From: Macrostomum lignano
Taxonomy: Eukaryota
Length of the DNA: 64,000 bases
Assembly: GCA_002269645.1 (NCBI GenBank)
Contig: NIVC01003854.1
Location: forward strand, 1 to 64,000
Direction of reading: 5' to 3'
Of this stretch, positions 19,746-32,900 are shown in pieces; within the stretch, counting starts at the first letter, position 1; each line of letters opens with the position of its first letter. The position numbers were made by a program, and so were the translations under genes. The notes below the pieces were generated by a model. The model was not told the DNA's origin. It made no database searches and saw only the letters and a program-made list of their open reading frames with translations.

Positions 19746-20639
19746 GAGCGGGGTCCGCCTGCTGTACACAGGCCCAGGCACGCCTGGCTGCTGGGGAGTT
19801 TTGCCCAGAGTTTGCTCTGACTTACACCTCCCTATTCTCGTTAAGTATATATAAATGACTGAACGTAAACAAATAAATATACGCAAGATCTTTTTGCTGG
19901 CTTGCTGCTTTTCAAGCTTAAACTCGCAAGCCGCTTTAAGGTACATTTTTAGTTTGTTTTTATCACGGTATGTTTATTTATTTAAACGATATGTTTAAAA
20001 CAGCGAAGGAAGCAGATTAGGTAACGAACATGTTTGAGACTTTAACTACTCGGTAGTTATATTCTGATTGGATAAGCCCTGTCTGGTTATGCTCTGGTTA
20101 TCCAATCACGTGCTTGTCAGGCGTATGAAAAGACCCAGAACAACATGATAGGTTTTGATTTCATAAATCATCACTAAATCATGATGGTCTGTAAAAATCT
20201 TGAGAAAAAAGTCGAAAGCACATGACTTTCCGCCAGCTGTTTGATGTCGAAAATGTTCTCTAGGTTAAAAGGCTAAAAATGAGAAGTGGGTCTGAAAACT
20301 TCATAAAAAATACAAATACTAACATACGTCGTCGTGATAATAATAGTTCGAGCTACGAGTTCCCGAATCGGAGATGAAAATTGGCTAAAAAAACGGAGAC
20401 GGCCTACTGCCAGTAGTACATACAAGGACAAGTAGAAGTTACTGTTGTACAACGGTAACTTCTAGTGGTCCTTGTATGAGTTCATACTGTAAGCTCGTAC
20501 TAACCTAATTTTCGAATTTCGAGTTTAAAGAAAAGTAAAAAAATGACTACGCAGGACAGGAAACAAGCCAACTGGCCAACTGACTGAGGGCGGAGAAACA
20601 AAAGCCTTAGAAGGTTCGTTTCTGACTGGCTCGCAGCTT

Positions 20640-21000
20640 CCTTAGCAACGGCATGGTAACCAGAATTGTTCGAGGGCCCGCGTCGTCGCCTGTGGCTGCT
20701 GCTCCGCTCGGGTGCACCAGCCGCCTTCGTCAGACCGCTGATGCTGCGGCTCGACTGGCGCCGCCTGCAGGACGTCGGCGGCCCAGCGGCCCGGCTGGCA
20801 GCGCCGCCGGTGGCTTGTCGAGCGCCGGTTGACAGCTGGCGGCGCCGGCGACCTCAGCTGCGGCCCGTTCGCCGTCGGCTCCAGCGTGTCGCCGGGCGGG
20901 GAGCTCGTCGTCAACTAGGAAGGCGCCGCCTGCGACCGAGGAGCCGCTAATGGGGAGGGAGATGTTGGCCACGCAGCGGAGTGCCAGGATTTTTGGTGTG
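20640..21000 (+). mobile_element. Possible 3' internal end of another LTR retrotransposon (GC-rich island ending in PPT + TG)
   Basis: GC-rich island in AT-rich DNA ending GGGGAGGGAGA|TGTTGGCC at 20952-20970. No recognisable protein motif. Confidence 0.3.
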
Positions 21001-24000
21001 ACTCTTGGTTATCGCAGTGATTTTTAAAGTGCTTATGAGTGACTGCATTATACAGCTCCCAAAACAAAGCATGTACAATTTGCTGGCGTTGGCTGCATTT
21101 CGTTATTTGAAACTGCTGGAATGGTTACAACAGCTTTCTATGAATATGAATACAATGAGTATTTCTATGTATTCATATACATAAGTCATTATAGAATAAC
21201 TTATAAATGCATGGTCTAACTACATTTAGTGAACTCAAGGGAAGGCCGCGGAAAAACCGTGGAGCTCCAAAAATCAATTTTTAGCCCTGCGGGGGTTTTC
21301 TCCTAAGTTGAGAAAGCCAAATAAGTGAAAACTACTGGCAGAAGTACTGTAGTAGTACTATTCCTTATACTATTCCTTATCCACCTATACTAAATCTTCC
21401 TTATACTAAATTTAATCAAATTTTTTCGTCAAAAAGTTGTTTTGAGCTTTGCTTAATTGTGCCCGCCTGAAAAGTCGGTCAATTGATTCGGCGAGTGTAT
21501 TTGCAGTGCATCATTATATATATTTGTGCTTTTGAGGCATTCACAAAGTTAAGAGTAATAACTGAATTAGGTAAAGAAATAATATTTTATATGCAAACCT
21601 CATCCATACAAACTACTGCATAAGAGTTACAACAATGTGATTCACATAGTCACTTTCACATTCACTATCCGACATTGTGATCACAGAAATGGAAAGTCGG
21701 AGAAATAATTTGAGTGTCAGGCTTCACTTCTGAGGCCCACAATTGGCTAAAAGAGACTGGCATGAACTCTGTACGTTTCCTCCAATCAAGCGAGCGAGAT
21801 ATAAAATTATCATTTTTTCTCTTTCGTTTTTCTTTTCTCTTTACTCTGAGTTTAATATTCGAAATACATTATTCTACTTTTAACTACATAATAGTCAATA
21901 CTACATAATTCTACTTTTAAGTAATAGTTATAGTAAGTCTAAGTAATAGTAATTCTACTTTTTTATCGATAAAAAGAAGCATCGCGAATTGCGAATTATG
22001 TCCGGCAAATGGCGGACTTCTGGCTGCATGTTTCTTTGATTCCTGGCTACATCACCTGTCCGATGTTTCACCGGACAACTCCGGACTAAGGAAACTTAAA
22101 TAGAGAATAAGTGAAGGTAAGTTTAAGGCGGTAAAGGGTGAAGTGCAGGCGGCGGTACAAGGCCACGATGCGTACAATATGAAGGGAGTGATAAAGTTGA
22201 ATTGTGCCACAATTGGCCCAGGGCCCAGGGCGACATATATAAAAATAGAATATTCAATTCAATTTTGAGTAATAGAAAAATTCAAAAAAAATTAAAAAAA
22301 AATAATAGAAAAAGAATATACTTTTCGCACAATTCAACTTTGTCACTCCCTTCATATTGTACGCTTCGTGGCCTTTTCAATTCAATTCGGGCGGGGGAAT
22401 TCGGACGACTAAAAATAGAATAGTAAAATTGTAAAAGCGTCTGAGCTTTTCGAAATTGTACGCTGCGCAAAGGTACAGTAGGCTCACAAGTGAGGCACAG
22501 CAGGTGCACGGGCGGTGCTGAAGGGGCGCAAAAAGCTCGTAATCATTCGTGTGCAAAAATGTGTGTATATAAAACCGTACAAATGAGTCTATACAAAATG
22601 CACACGCGGTTCGATTTTGTACATCTTTTGTACATCTTTTGATATCTATCTTAAATCAGCGCTTCAGCTAGACTCCAGAACTCCAAAACTCCAGCAATGC
22701 CATCAGCAGACAATATCAGCGAGCACTCCTCAGCAACAGACCGACTGTCACGTAGGTAGTATTAATTTAATATATAAGAAAAACAAGGTATAAGTTGTAG
22801 TTGTAGTTAAATAAAAATACTGCTTTAAAGACAATCTTGAGAAAAATGTGTAGCAAAATAGGCTAGGCGTAGTAAAGTAGGAATTGCAATACCTATTGCA
22901 ATTAGCAATAATTAATAAGATAGTGGTTAGGCATTAAGTAGGTTTTTAATAACCATTTAGTAATATTTTTTGCGGAGGCTAGTGCCAGTGGAAAGACGCT
23001 ATAAGCAAAAATATGTTAAAATATTTCAACGAAAAGGTTATATAGAGAGGTAAGGTAAAAATAAATCGCTTTTTAAATACTTTCGATATAAATTGGATGG
23101 CCAGCATTTTTTTGTGGCATCAAAACAAAAACCGAATTATTGTAGTAATCTTTTGTATCATAAAAGTATATTCTGCACATTCTGGCAATACATAAAAGCA
23201 AGAAAACACGTTTAGTACAGCACATGCGTTATGAATATGGCTGTATCGGAAAGTAGGAAGAAAAATGAGTACAAATTCCGATCGGAAGAAGAAGAGACGG
23301 TTTCCGACTAACTTCCGATTGCGCAAATATTTAGCTCGAAAAACATTTTCTTGAATTACTTTATGCTTATTATTATAGTAACGTGTAATATAAAACAAAA
23401 TATTGTGGTTTAAATCTTTTCCGGCAAATTCCGACTGCCGATTAAATTCCGATCAGATTCCAATCGAATTCCGACTACCCTTTTTTACTGGGTTACGAGT
23501 ACTCTAAATACATTTTTCTGAATTTGCTATTCACAAGCAAAAATCTGTTTTTTATTAAGTATTTGCTGTGCTTTTTACTCTTTTATCGTGCTGACTAATG
23601 TGAAAAAAGGAAACTATTTAGTTTGTTTTTTGTTACTCGAAAATATTTAAATTTCAGACGCCACGTTTTCAGACTTCTGAGTTTTATCGAGCTCGTGAAG
23701 CATGTTTTGTATTAATTTATCATAATCTAATTGACAAAGTTTTAACCTCAGAAATAGTCAATGTGAGTTATTTCACTAAATGAGTCATTAACAAAGCCTG
23801 ACCCCCTGTCCCTGCCTAGCTGGTTCAGGAATTGGCAGCCACTATAGTAAATTATAGTTAAATAAGTCCAAGACAATTACTCAGACTAATTCTAAGAAAA
23901 AGAGGTTTAGCCCTAGGACAACTTTGTCTGTTATAAATTATCAGCGGTAAGATTATTAAAGACAGAATTTTACCCCTCCTACAGCTTGGTGGACTAACGG

Positions 24001-25169
24001 TGGGATATTTACATTGAGAAGCAAACCCCCTGTTACACATCTATGCAATTCATGTAGTATGCGTACATGTCAAAGTTTTCATATACTCGTACATATTTAT
24101 GTTCGAGTTCTGTACAAACTCTGTATTCTGTTGATGTCGCGTTGATAAAAGCCAAAATATTACACTCTCATATAGACTATAACTTACTAATTAAGCTCAT
24201 TAATGATTTATTGAGCTCAGCCAGAATTGTACGAGCGTACATGTGTAAAAGTGTCCATGGCTTTCCAATGGACATGGCTTTCAAACTGCTGAGAGGCCAG
24301 CACAGAAGATTAAGCAAAAATAGTACTCTAGGTAATTTAACATGAATTTTGCATGTAAATGTAATCAAACCTGCACATTAACATGTATATACAGACATAT
24401 GTACATCAAGGACTACTCAAGTATATAGAAGGACGGGATCAAAACTAAGTTTTTTTCTCGTAAAAGTTTAGAAGATGGTTTTTACTGAAAAAATGCATTA
24501 CAGAGATACATAAATGTATTTGGGAGGTTTTTATCTTTTGAGCACAAAATGTGTTGCTTTTGATAGTAATAGGCAGTTCCAACATTCTTCTTTTGATAAG
24601 TTTTGCCTTTCCTATAGCTATTTGATATTGATAAAGCTATTGCTTTTGAAAATTAGTGTTCATTGTCAATTTCCTATGCGACATCGGGCAAGTCAACTGT
24701 GCTTGGATCACTACCAGCCTCATGCACAAAGATCAGTTAAAGCTTATTAAGTTTAACGGGACTGTATGCTGTTATTCTTTAATTTAAGTGTGTGATGGCT
24801 TGACTTGTACGTGCAGCCTGGCTAGGGTTGCTACTTCCATTGACTACATGTACGTTCGTTTGCACCTTGTTTGCACATCCCCTCACTGACTCACCGGAGT
24901 CACCCTTTCTTAACACTCCCCTCTGCACACGACCTCCATACGCGTATGGCTAAGTTGGGGCGAGGGGCCCTCTAAATATATAAAAACTGGACCGGCCCAC
25001 AGCTTGAAAACGAATGTGCTCTAGTACCCAGCGCAGCAGTTCGTCAACTTTAGCGGTCTGGTTCCCGGAGTCCGCGAAGATTCGCGGCGTCGCGCCCGGG
25101 CTTGTCCATGCGCCGGCTGCCTTCCGTTCTGTGAGGGCGCAGTCCTGCAGTTCGAGGCCCACATGACCG

Positions 25170-25610
25170 CCAGAGGGCGGCATTGTTCCAGACGGTGGTC
25201 GAGATCATCCTGTTGTTCGAAGTACAACGCCGAGACCTGGACGCTGACGGATTCTCTCGAGCAATAAGTTGACGTGGCGCACGCTGGCCTGCTACGCGCC
25301 GCCTTCAAGATCGGCTACGAGCGAGTGACCAACGCGGAATTGTATTACCGCGCTGGCCTGGTTCGTCCAAGCGACCTTTTTCGCCGTCGGCGACTCCAGC
25401 TGGCAGGCCATATCATCCGCGCCGAGTGTCCACGACCGGTGCAGGAGGTGCTGTTGCTGACGCTGCAGGCACCCTACCGGTGAGGGCGTTTCCCACTCGG
25501 CGTTTCGTCGACTGCCTGCTGACTGCCCGAGATTCGGCCGGCGGTGTCGCGTTCGTTCGCGACCTGGCCCTGGGACGCGCCGTGTGACGCTAACTGCATA
25601 TTTTGTTGTT
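25170..25610 (+). mobile_element. 5'-truncated RTE-clade LINE fragment (RT C-terminus)
   Basis: QRAALFQTVVE..YNAETWTLTDSLEQ*VDVAHAGLLRAAFKI...VTNAELY...RRRRLQLAGHIIR, the typical RTE thumb/C-terminal motifs. Confidence 0.8.
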
Positions 25611-27796
25611 CTATCCAGCTACCGCGTCTGCCCCGAGGATCTGAATTGTATGTCTAAATTGTTCAGGTAGATCAGCAGCGGTCAGTGGTCGGTGATAAGG
25701 TCAAATGGTATACCGACCAAATACATGTACACTCGTAACGGTTTGACAGCCTTCATTATGACAAGGAACTCTCGATTCGTCGTGCAGTAATTCTGCTCAT
25801 CTCTGCCAGTCATCTTCAACCAATTGTAGTGTGAAGTTTGCTCTTCTTGTCGGGTTCTCGAAGATGTTCCTAGAAAATAAAACCCGCTGCTCCTGAAGAA
25901 GCTAGATAGCACCGCAGTACTACCTATCGATTTGCCTGAAAATGAACCTAAAACGTTGCCGTGACTTGGTAGGGTTGCTGCCACCTTGGTGTGCGGACTC
26001 GACGCGTCGGCAGAGTTGTCTATCCGTCACCTGAATGAAAAATAACAAAGTCGCTCGGAGCAAAGGCAAATCTGAAAAATGTCTCGACAGTCGATCGTCT
26101 TAGTAGAATGCTGCTCGAACCTGAAAACCTGTAAAACCTGAAATGAGAGAGGAGAGCTCGGAGGCAGAGAGGCAGCTCCGGTCGAGCCCAGGCAGGACGA
26201 CGCGATCTGGAGAAAATGGCTCGCAGATGCTCCGTATTTATAGCCGAGCGGACCCCCAAAAGTCACGTGAGTTTCATGCGATGAGCGCGTGAAACTTCCT
26301 TATTTGGGCATTGGAATCATGCGGGCGACGCGTGATCCAAGGCCAACTTCCAAATAAGGCAACCCTGTCACGCAGCAGTGGCGTGACTCAAGGTCAGTGG
26401 CCACGCACAGAGTGCGTGCACAGTCACGTGCTTAATCTGTGCTAAAAATAGAACTTGGGCGGATGAGTCATCCTGTTTACTCCCTCTAGGCAGCCCTTAC
26501 ACTCGGCGCAGGTGATGAGTCATCCTGCTACGCCTCCTCAGCGCGAGTGGGAAGACATTGAGTGGGGCTGCCCGCGCCCGCTCAGGCGATGAGTCATCGG
26601 GCAGTAAACACTTAGGCCCAGCACAGGGTATCTCTCTCACTAGATCAGGTGGACTGAGCTACTGTGCAGCGGACCACAGCACTCTTAAGGAAAGCTAGTG
26701 AATGCTGCTGAATAACCAGTTAGCAGCCAGTCACTACAGTAGGCCAGACCGGCACTTTAGTGAGAAGCTTAAGTCCTTAAGTTATGATCCATCCTTAAGT
26801 TAGGTGTACGGGCTCCGAATCAGGCTCTGGCTGGGTGAGCTATCAAACCGGACAACGAAAGAATCGTGCGTGCATGCCCCAACATCGAAGCCTTATAGTA
26901 CTTGTAAACCGCAGATCTAGATATCCCTGCATCTCTGCACTCACCGCGATTGCTCTCCCAAGTGCCGATGCCGGCTGCCAGCATGGATTCTTCTTCAATC
27001 GCTTGCAGCAGTAGTTTTGCCATCCCCGCGATAGGTGAGGCGGCAGTGTTGTGTTGAGAGAGTCAGACTTATTTTGGGGTACACTCGAACACATATAGAC
27101 CACGTTGGCCCTCCGATAGGTTTATTTATACTTTAGCTGCGACAGATCAATATCGCCAAACAGAAGTTCATAGCAGATGTACATACCTGCAAACCAGCTA
27201 CACAACAGGCAGTACCAGCAGTCAACGCGTCCATCTGTCGCCCTCCTCATCGTTGGGCGCTGTCCGTGGCGGCCAGTCAAGCTATTTGATCTTCTGCGTC
27301 AGGGCTTCAATGCGCAGCTACAGGGCACGTCAGTACCACAACCAAACCCGCAGAATCGCTTATGTTGCTTTAGCCACCTTCAAAACTTCGTCGCAGGTCT
27401 TTGCCGCCCATCCGTCTGATTGCATCCAGCCCTGACACGAAGCACTTCAATTCCTTGCATACATGTACTTCTGCATTTTGGATATTCGAGATGATCCTTC
27501 CAGAGTCGAATTACATGTACGCGGAACCTCCTCATGCGCCCCGTGTCCACCGAATCGTGCTGGAAAGCACACGCTCCAAACTGCCGGAGCCGAGTGAAAA
27601 AAATCGAGTTTCATCATTCAGCTGCGCAGTACTCTCGAAATTCTGGATGGCCTTGTCCCGTCAGCTCGTAGCGCCGCTCTCGCTGCTCAAGATATAATAT
27701 AAATACATGTATATCTGCATAAGAAACTGCATGCCACTAGTGCGTAAAATGAAAATGACTACCTATATACATGTAGATCCATTAGAAAAACCGTTA

Positions 27797-28262
27797 CAGG
27801 GACGGTCGCCATGGATTTTATGGTCTGAGGACAAAAAGCGAAGAACTCAACATGTACGTGTATGTACATGCCTAAATTCCTACATTTCCATTATTTTGAG
27901 AATCGTACGTGTTGTCAGCGCTCATTTTGGCACGGCAGGCACTCATTTTAGCGCGGAAGGCATTCCTTTCGGCGGCGCAGGCACTCACTTTAGAGCCGCA
28001 GGCACTCATTTAGCGTCGCAGTCATGCACTCATTTTGGCGCTGCAGGCATTCCTTTTGCGGCGCCACAGGCATTCCTTTCGCGGCGCCGCAGGCACTCAT
28101 TTTAGCGCGGCAGGCGCTATATTTTGGTGCCCTGAAGAAAAACTATTGAATACCACAACGGGTCACAAAATTGGGTGGGGGGATAAAGCATTGTTGGCAT
28201 GTCCCCCCAAAGCTTTTACTAGGGGGGGACATGTCCCCTGTCCCCCGGTGGCGACGCGCCTG
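27797..28262. mobile_element. hAT-like MITE with internal 22-bp-scale degenerate repeats
   Basis: Imperfect TIR CAGGGACGGTCGCCA / TGGCGACGCGCCTG and 8-bp TSD AACCGTTA / GACCGTTA (7/8). Internal gcaggcactcatttt repeats. Confidence 0.65.
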
Positions 28263-28319
28263 GACCGTTATTGTCTACAGGGCCCCATCCACACTCAATG
28301 ACGACTAGGTTCCCACCGG

Positions 28320-28490
28320 CTCTTTACGATCGGGTCACGTGCGATTTCCGGGCGGGGTGCCGCGTTCCCCGTAGAGCAATTCGACTTCGTCCAATGTTTT
28401 CTACGCATGTCGGCCTCGCTGCCAAATAGATACTTTTTTCAACACCGACGTTCAGCGAGCGAATAACGTCGTTGTCTGTCGGTGAAACGT
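28320..28490 (+). promoter_or_regulatory. Possible CpG-rich promoter upstream of the BOD1-like gene region
   Basis: CpG-dense stretch with CACGTG, GGGCGGGG and CCAAT just before the CpG-poor zone. Motif content only. Confidence 0.25.
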
Positions 28491-29650
28491 AGTATAATTA
28501 AGTTACAATTAATGAATGCGCGATGCGTACATGCGCAACTAAGTCCCAAAATCGTCTGCTATAGCAGGCAAAATATAAGCTTTAATGCTGAAGCTACAGA
28601 ATTAATGCTCTGTATAAACCTACTTTTAGCATAATTTAGTATTTAGAATAAAAAGCACACGCGTAAAATTTAATATAATCACAAAAAAATTTTTTTTAAA
28701 CTAAATAAAAAAACTGTTTCACTATTTTTCATGACCTGTATGATTGCTGCCTGCCAGCGGCCTTATAATACAATTTTCCTGCTGCCTCCAAGCACAAAAC
28801 AACGCAGCAAAATGCTGCCGATAGAACAGCATGCTGGCAGTGCAGGCCCTGCATTGTGCTAAAATCAAAGTGAAAAGTACGAGGCTAGGTACAACAAAAA
28901 TATAAAATAACAATTTGGTAATGCTAAATTTGCAAGCATAGCCTATTAGCTAATTCTAGCTTTCATTTTGCATACTTAACGAGGCCTACTATATAATAAG
29001 CTAAAAATGGTAATTATTAAATGATAGGCCTAAACACATTTATTGGATTTTTTATTTTTAATGGTTATTATTCATTATTGAGTGATGTTTAGGCCTACTT
29101 CGTATTTAATGGCTAGGCCTAACTCTTTAGAAGGCAACTAGGTGCTAGGCCTAGACCCTTCATTTGTCTTTTTTATTCAAGATTCTAAAAACAAGGCCAA
29201 AGAAGCAAATTTGGCTGTATTTATAGGCCTAGCTAGTAAATCAGATTTAAAAGGTTTTTTAAGTTCTATACTAGGCGGCTAGGCCTGGTAGATGGTAGCT
29301 AGCTAGGGTAAGTTTAATTATTTGAAGTAAGCTAGGTCTATATAATATAATTTCCTATTATTTGCTTAATTAATAATTATTAATGTAGGGCCTATTACAG
29401 AATATTAGATTCCTAATCTTAGAGCTTGCTAAGAGTTGAGAATTGGTTATTTTTTATCTCACAAATAAAGTATTTAAGATAGAGGCTAAAGCTTTAGGCT
29501 TATTGTTAAAAAAATTATATATAAATTGCTACCATTTATTATTAAAAAGGGTAGGCCTATATAATCAGTTTGGCCAAGCTGTTATACAAGATAATTTGTA
29601 GGTACCATGGTAGAAAGAGGCATAAAGAAGACTCAAGCCAAGGTCTGGAT

Positions 29651-29946
29651 CATACATGCGCAACCTCCAAATTTTGGTCGGCCATGCGACTTAGTTTTAA
29701 CAAAAATGCGACGTAGTTTTTGGCCAAAAATGCGACTTACATGTAAAAAACCCGAAAGCAAAAGTAATGCAACTTTGGGTAAACGGCAGGAGTAACTATG
29801 ACTGTCTTATAAAGCCAAAATGCCTCGTCAGCTACTTAGTACTACTACTCCGTGTTTTTTCGGGTTGGCATTTTTGCGACTTCCTTGGTTGGCCGCCAAA
29901 TCGGTCGGCCAGATCGGCCGACTCGGCCGACTGTTGCGCATGTATG
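29651..29946. mobile_element. MITE with 14-bp perfect TIR and 8-bp TSD (P- or hAT-like)
   Basis: CATACATGCGCAAC ... GTTGCGCATGTATG, with TSD GTCTGGAT at 29643-29650 and 29947-29954. Confidence 0.85.
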
Positions 29947-32900
29947 GTCTGGATTATATAATAAGTTTAGTGTACATTAGAACATGAATCTTATCTTAGC
30001 TAAATGTATGCCAGTGTATGCCAAAAACTAAAAAATTCCTTAAAATGTATGCTGAAAATTCCTCCTAAAAAGGTCATTTAGTATTTTTAAGTAAAGTTTC
30101 CTAAAAAAAGGCTTTTGTACAAAAAATCTTTAAATATATTACAATTTTTTTTTATTTTAAACAAACTTAAATTATATTTATAAAAAGAATGATGCAAAAT
30201 TTATGTTCTTAGCAATAATTTATACTAATTTACATTTATTGTTAATTTTAATGAAGCAAAAAGTTTTTCATTGACTTTCTAGACTATCTAAATTTTCCTT
30301 TATTTCATGTAAAAATGTTAATTTACATTATAATATTTATGCATAGCATGAATTTATTCACCAATATTTTTATGCCAAAAAATTGCATGAATTTGTATAC
30401 CAAAATTTGTATGCCAGCTTTCGAAGGGGTCATTTATATATCAAAATTTTCTAGTATACATGTAACCTTTTAGAGTCTAGGATTCCAGCACTAAAGTTAG
30501 TAGTAAAATATATAAATACTCAAGAACAAAGGTAAGAAAAGAGCAAGAGCACATAACAAGGAATGAAACCAATGTTTGCCATTGTTTGGCAATTCTTATA
30601 TTAGCTAGAAAGTTAAACATAGATAAGCAAAGGTAGATAAGTTAAATAGTAACAAAAATTTTGGTATTTAACAAATGGGGCCAGGCAATGGACATGTAGA
30701 TAGGTAAAAAAAATCAAGAGATTAACATAGGGTTTGGCTAGAAAATGACAAAGAAACAAAAGAAAAAAGTTAAAAAACAAAAATGGAAATGGCAAAAAGA
30801 CCAAAAGAGAGCAAAAAGCACCAATACAAAGACCGAAACTGGGAAAAGGAGGATAACAAAATCCACATCATGAGGGTACACCTTAGGATGGTTAGATTGG
30901 ACCAAACAGGAAAAAAATCCAAACAAGAGAGAGTGATATCAAATAGTGGTAGCCCCATTGCAACATGCACCATGGTCAGGAAGGTGCAGCATGTGTGCCA
31001 GAATAACATCCATCAAAGTTTTTGTGCGTTGTGTGTGCCGAGAAAAAAAAATTACTTGTGCACCATGCCCCAAGAAAAATACACTTGAAAAAGCACCATC
31101 AAGTATTAAGTATCTAAATTGAATCAATACCAATGGAAGTTCAAGCAGTTCAATCATGGCTTCTATTTGCAAAATATAAGCAAAAAGGCGCAACAAAAGC
31201 TGCGAAAGGCGCAAATTTGTTAAGTAAAAGGTACATTGTACATGATATAGCCAAAAAATTCCAAGGATTCTATTGTCTTCCTGGCTGTGGCATGCCCGTA
31301 ACTCCAACTTCAAAATCTGCATCACCATCACTGTCACTGTCACTTGAGTGACTTGACCTTGACTTACTCATACTGAACTGAACTGAAAATGCTCCAACTT
31401 GCTCCATTGCTCGTTGCTTTGCAATTGTTAAAAGCTACGATTAATAAAATTTGAAATAAAAACAACATTGGAAATAACGACTATCATATTGACTATCGTT
31501 TATTTTATTGATTGATTGACATTTAATATACATTTTTTTATTATTCATTATTATATTGTCACATACACTGACGTACCTTGTGTGCCATGCGCCGAGCCAT
31601 GCACCAATGCACCGAGCCATGTGTCGATGCACCGAGCCCATGCGCGCGGCGCAGCAAAGTGTGCGCCGGAAAATTGCTGATTTGCACCGGAAAATTCCAA
31701 GGATTCTATCGTCTTCCTAGCTGTGGTACATGCATAGGGCAGTCGCATGAAAAAAAATATTTTGAAAAAATAGCCTTCTAGGCTCACTCTTTAGGGGTCA
31801 GGTCTTCTTCAATTTTAGTCAAATGCATCTTTAACATCTGGCTGGGTAGGCACCTTATTGATCTTTGGCCATTGCATCTCAGGCTAATAGTCCTAGGTAG
31901 CTAAAGGCTAAGGCTGAGTTGGCCATGCAAGCATGTTTGAATAGCTATTCTAATATTAGTGGCAGGGCCTATCTACAAGCTACAGTGTGGTCTTCATCTA
32001 TTGCTAATCTAAATGCAGTTGCCAAGAACTTTAGCAACAATGTCAATTGCCTACATAGCAGCCAATAGTCCATATTGGTTGGCAAGGCATCTCTAGTGTT
32101 TGCCATTGTTCACTTAGTCAGTGTTCCTCAGATCTCTAAGCTCCTTTAGCAAGAGTTCTATAAGTTGTTAGGATATTGTGACAGCTAGCTAAGAGGCTGG
32201 TGCATGCTTGCTAGGTCTTTGAGCATCCTGAGACTCTTGGCTAGATCCACTTGTCTAAGCTGATAGTGGCATTGGAGGCATGAGATACCAATCTGACTCT
32301 AGCAGCTATATCACCTTGGGTTTTAGGGCCATTGAAGTAGCTCTTACCTTGTTAAAGAAGTCTGAGCTAGTTAGGGCTATTAGCCAGAGTTAGTAGATCT
32401 TCACTGGCTAGGGGCTCTAGGGCATTGAGTAGCTCATATATTAGATCTAGCAAAGCTAGAATAAGTGTAATGGCATCACTTGGAATAGTCTTGGGTCATT
32501 AGCCATTGGTGTACTAGGCATAGCAATATGGCAAAGCAATAGGAATAGAAATAATATACTAAATATAAACAGATAAACAGGTATATATTTATTAGATAAA
32601 CAGATAAATATAAATAGGCAACATTTAAGAAAAATAGCAATGGCAAAGTTGATAGTAGTTTATAAATTAAAACTATGAGCTGGTCAAATTTTACTTGAAA
32701 TATCAAATAGTAGTCAACCTATATGTTCTTTGCTAAGGGCACAAATTACAAAATTATGCAGACAATTGCAACAAAATTTTCTCTGATTTCTGGGTCCTGG
32801 GTCCTCAATTCTGGGGGAGGGTATTTGTAGTCAAGCAGTCATTAAGCAGCATGGTTGTTCAAAATGTTATACATTAGAGCTTCTGACACCATAATTTAAT

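Noticed and set aside
22697-22751. Mini-ORF MPSADNISEHSSATDRLS resembling the BOD1-like start MPSADSSG
   Set aside because: Little nucleotide similarity and no further homologous exon; probably chance.
27200-27700. Degenerate coding-like minus-strand segment (possible transposon accessory gene)
   Set aside because: Multiple stops and frameshifts, and no motif I can assign with confidence.
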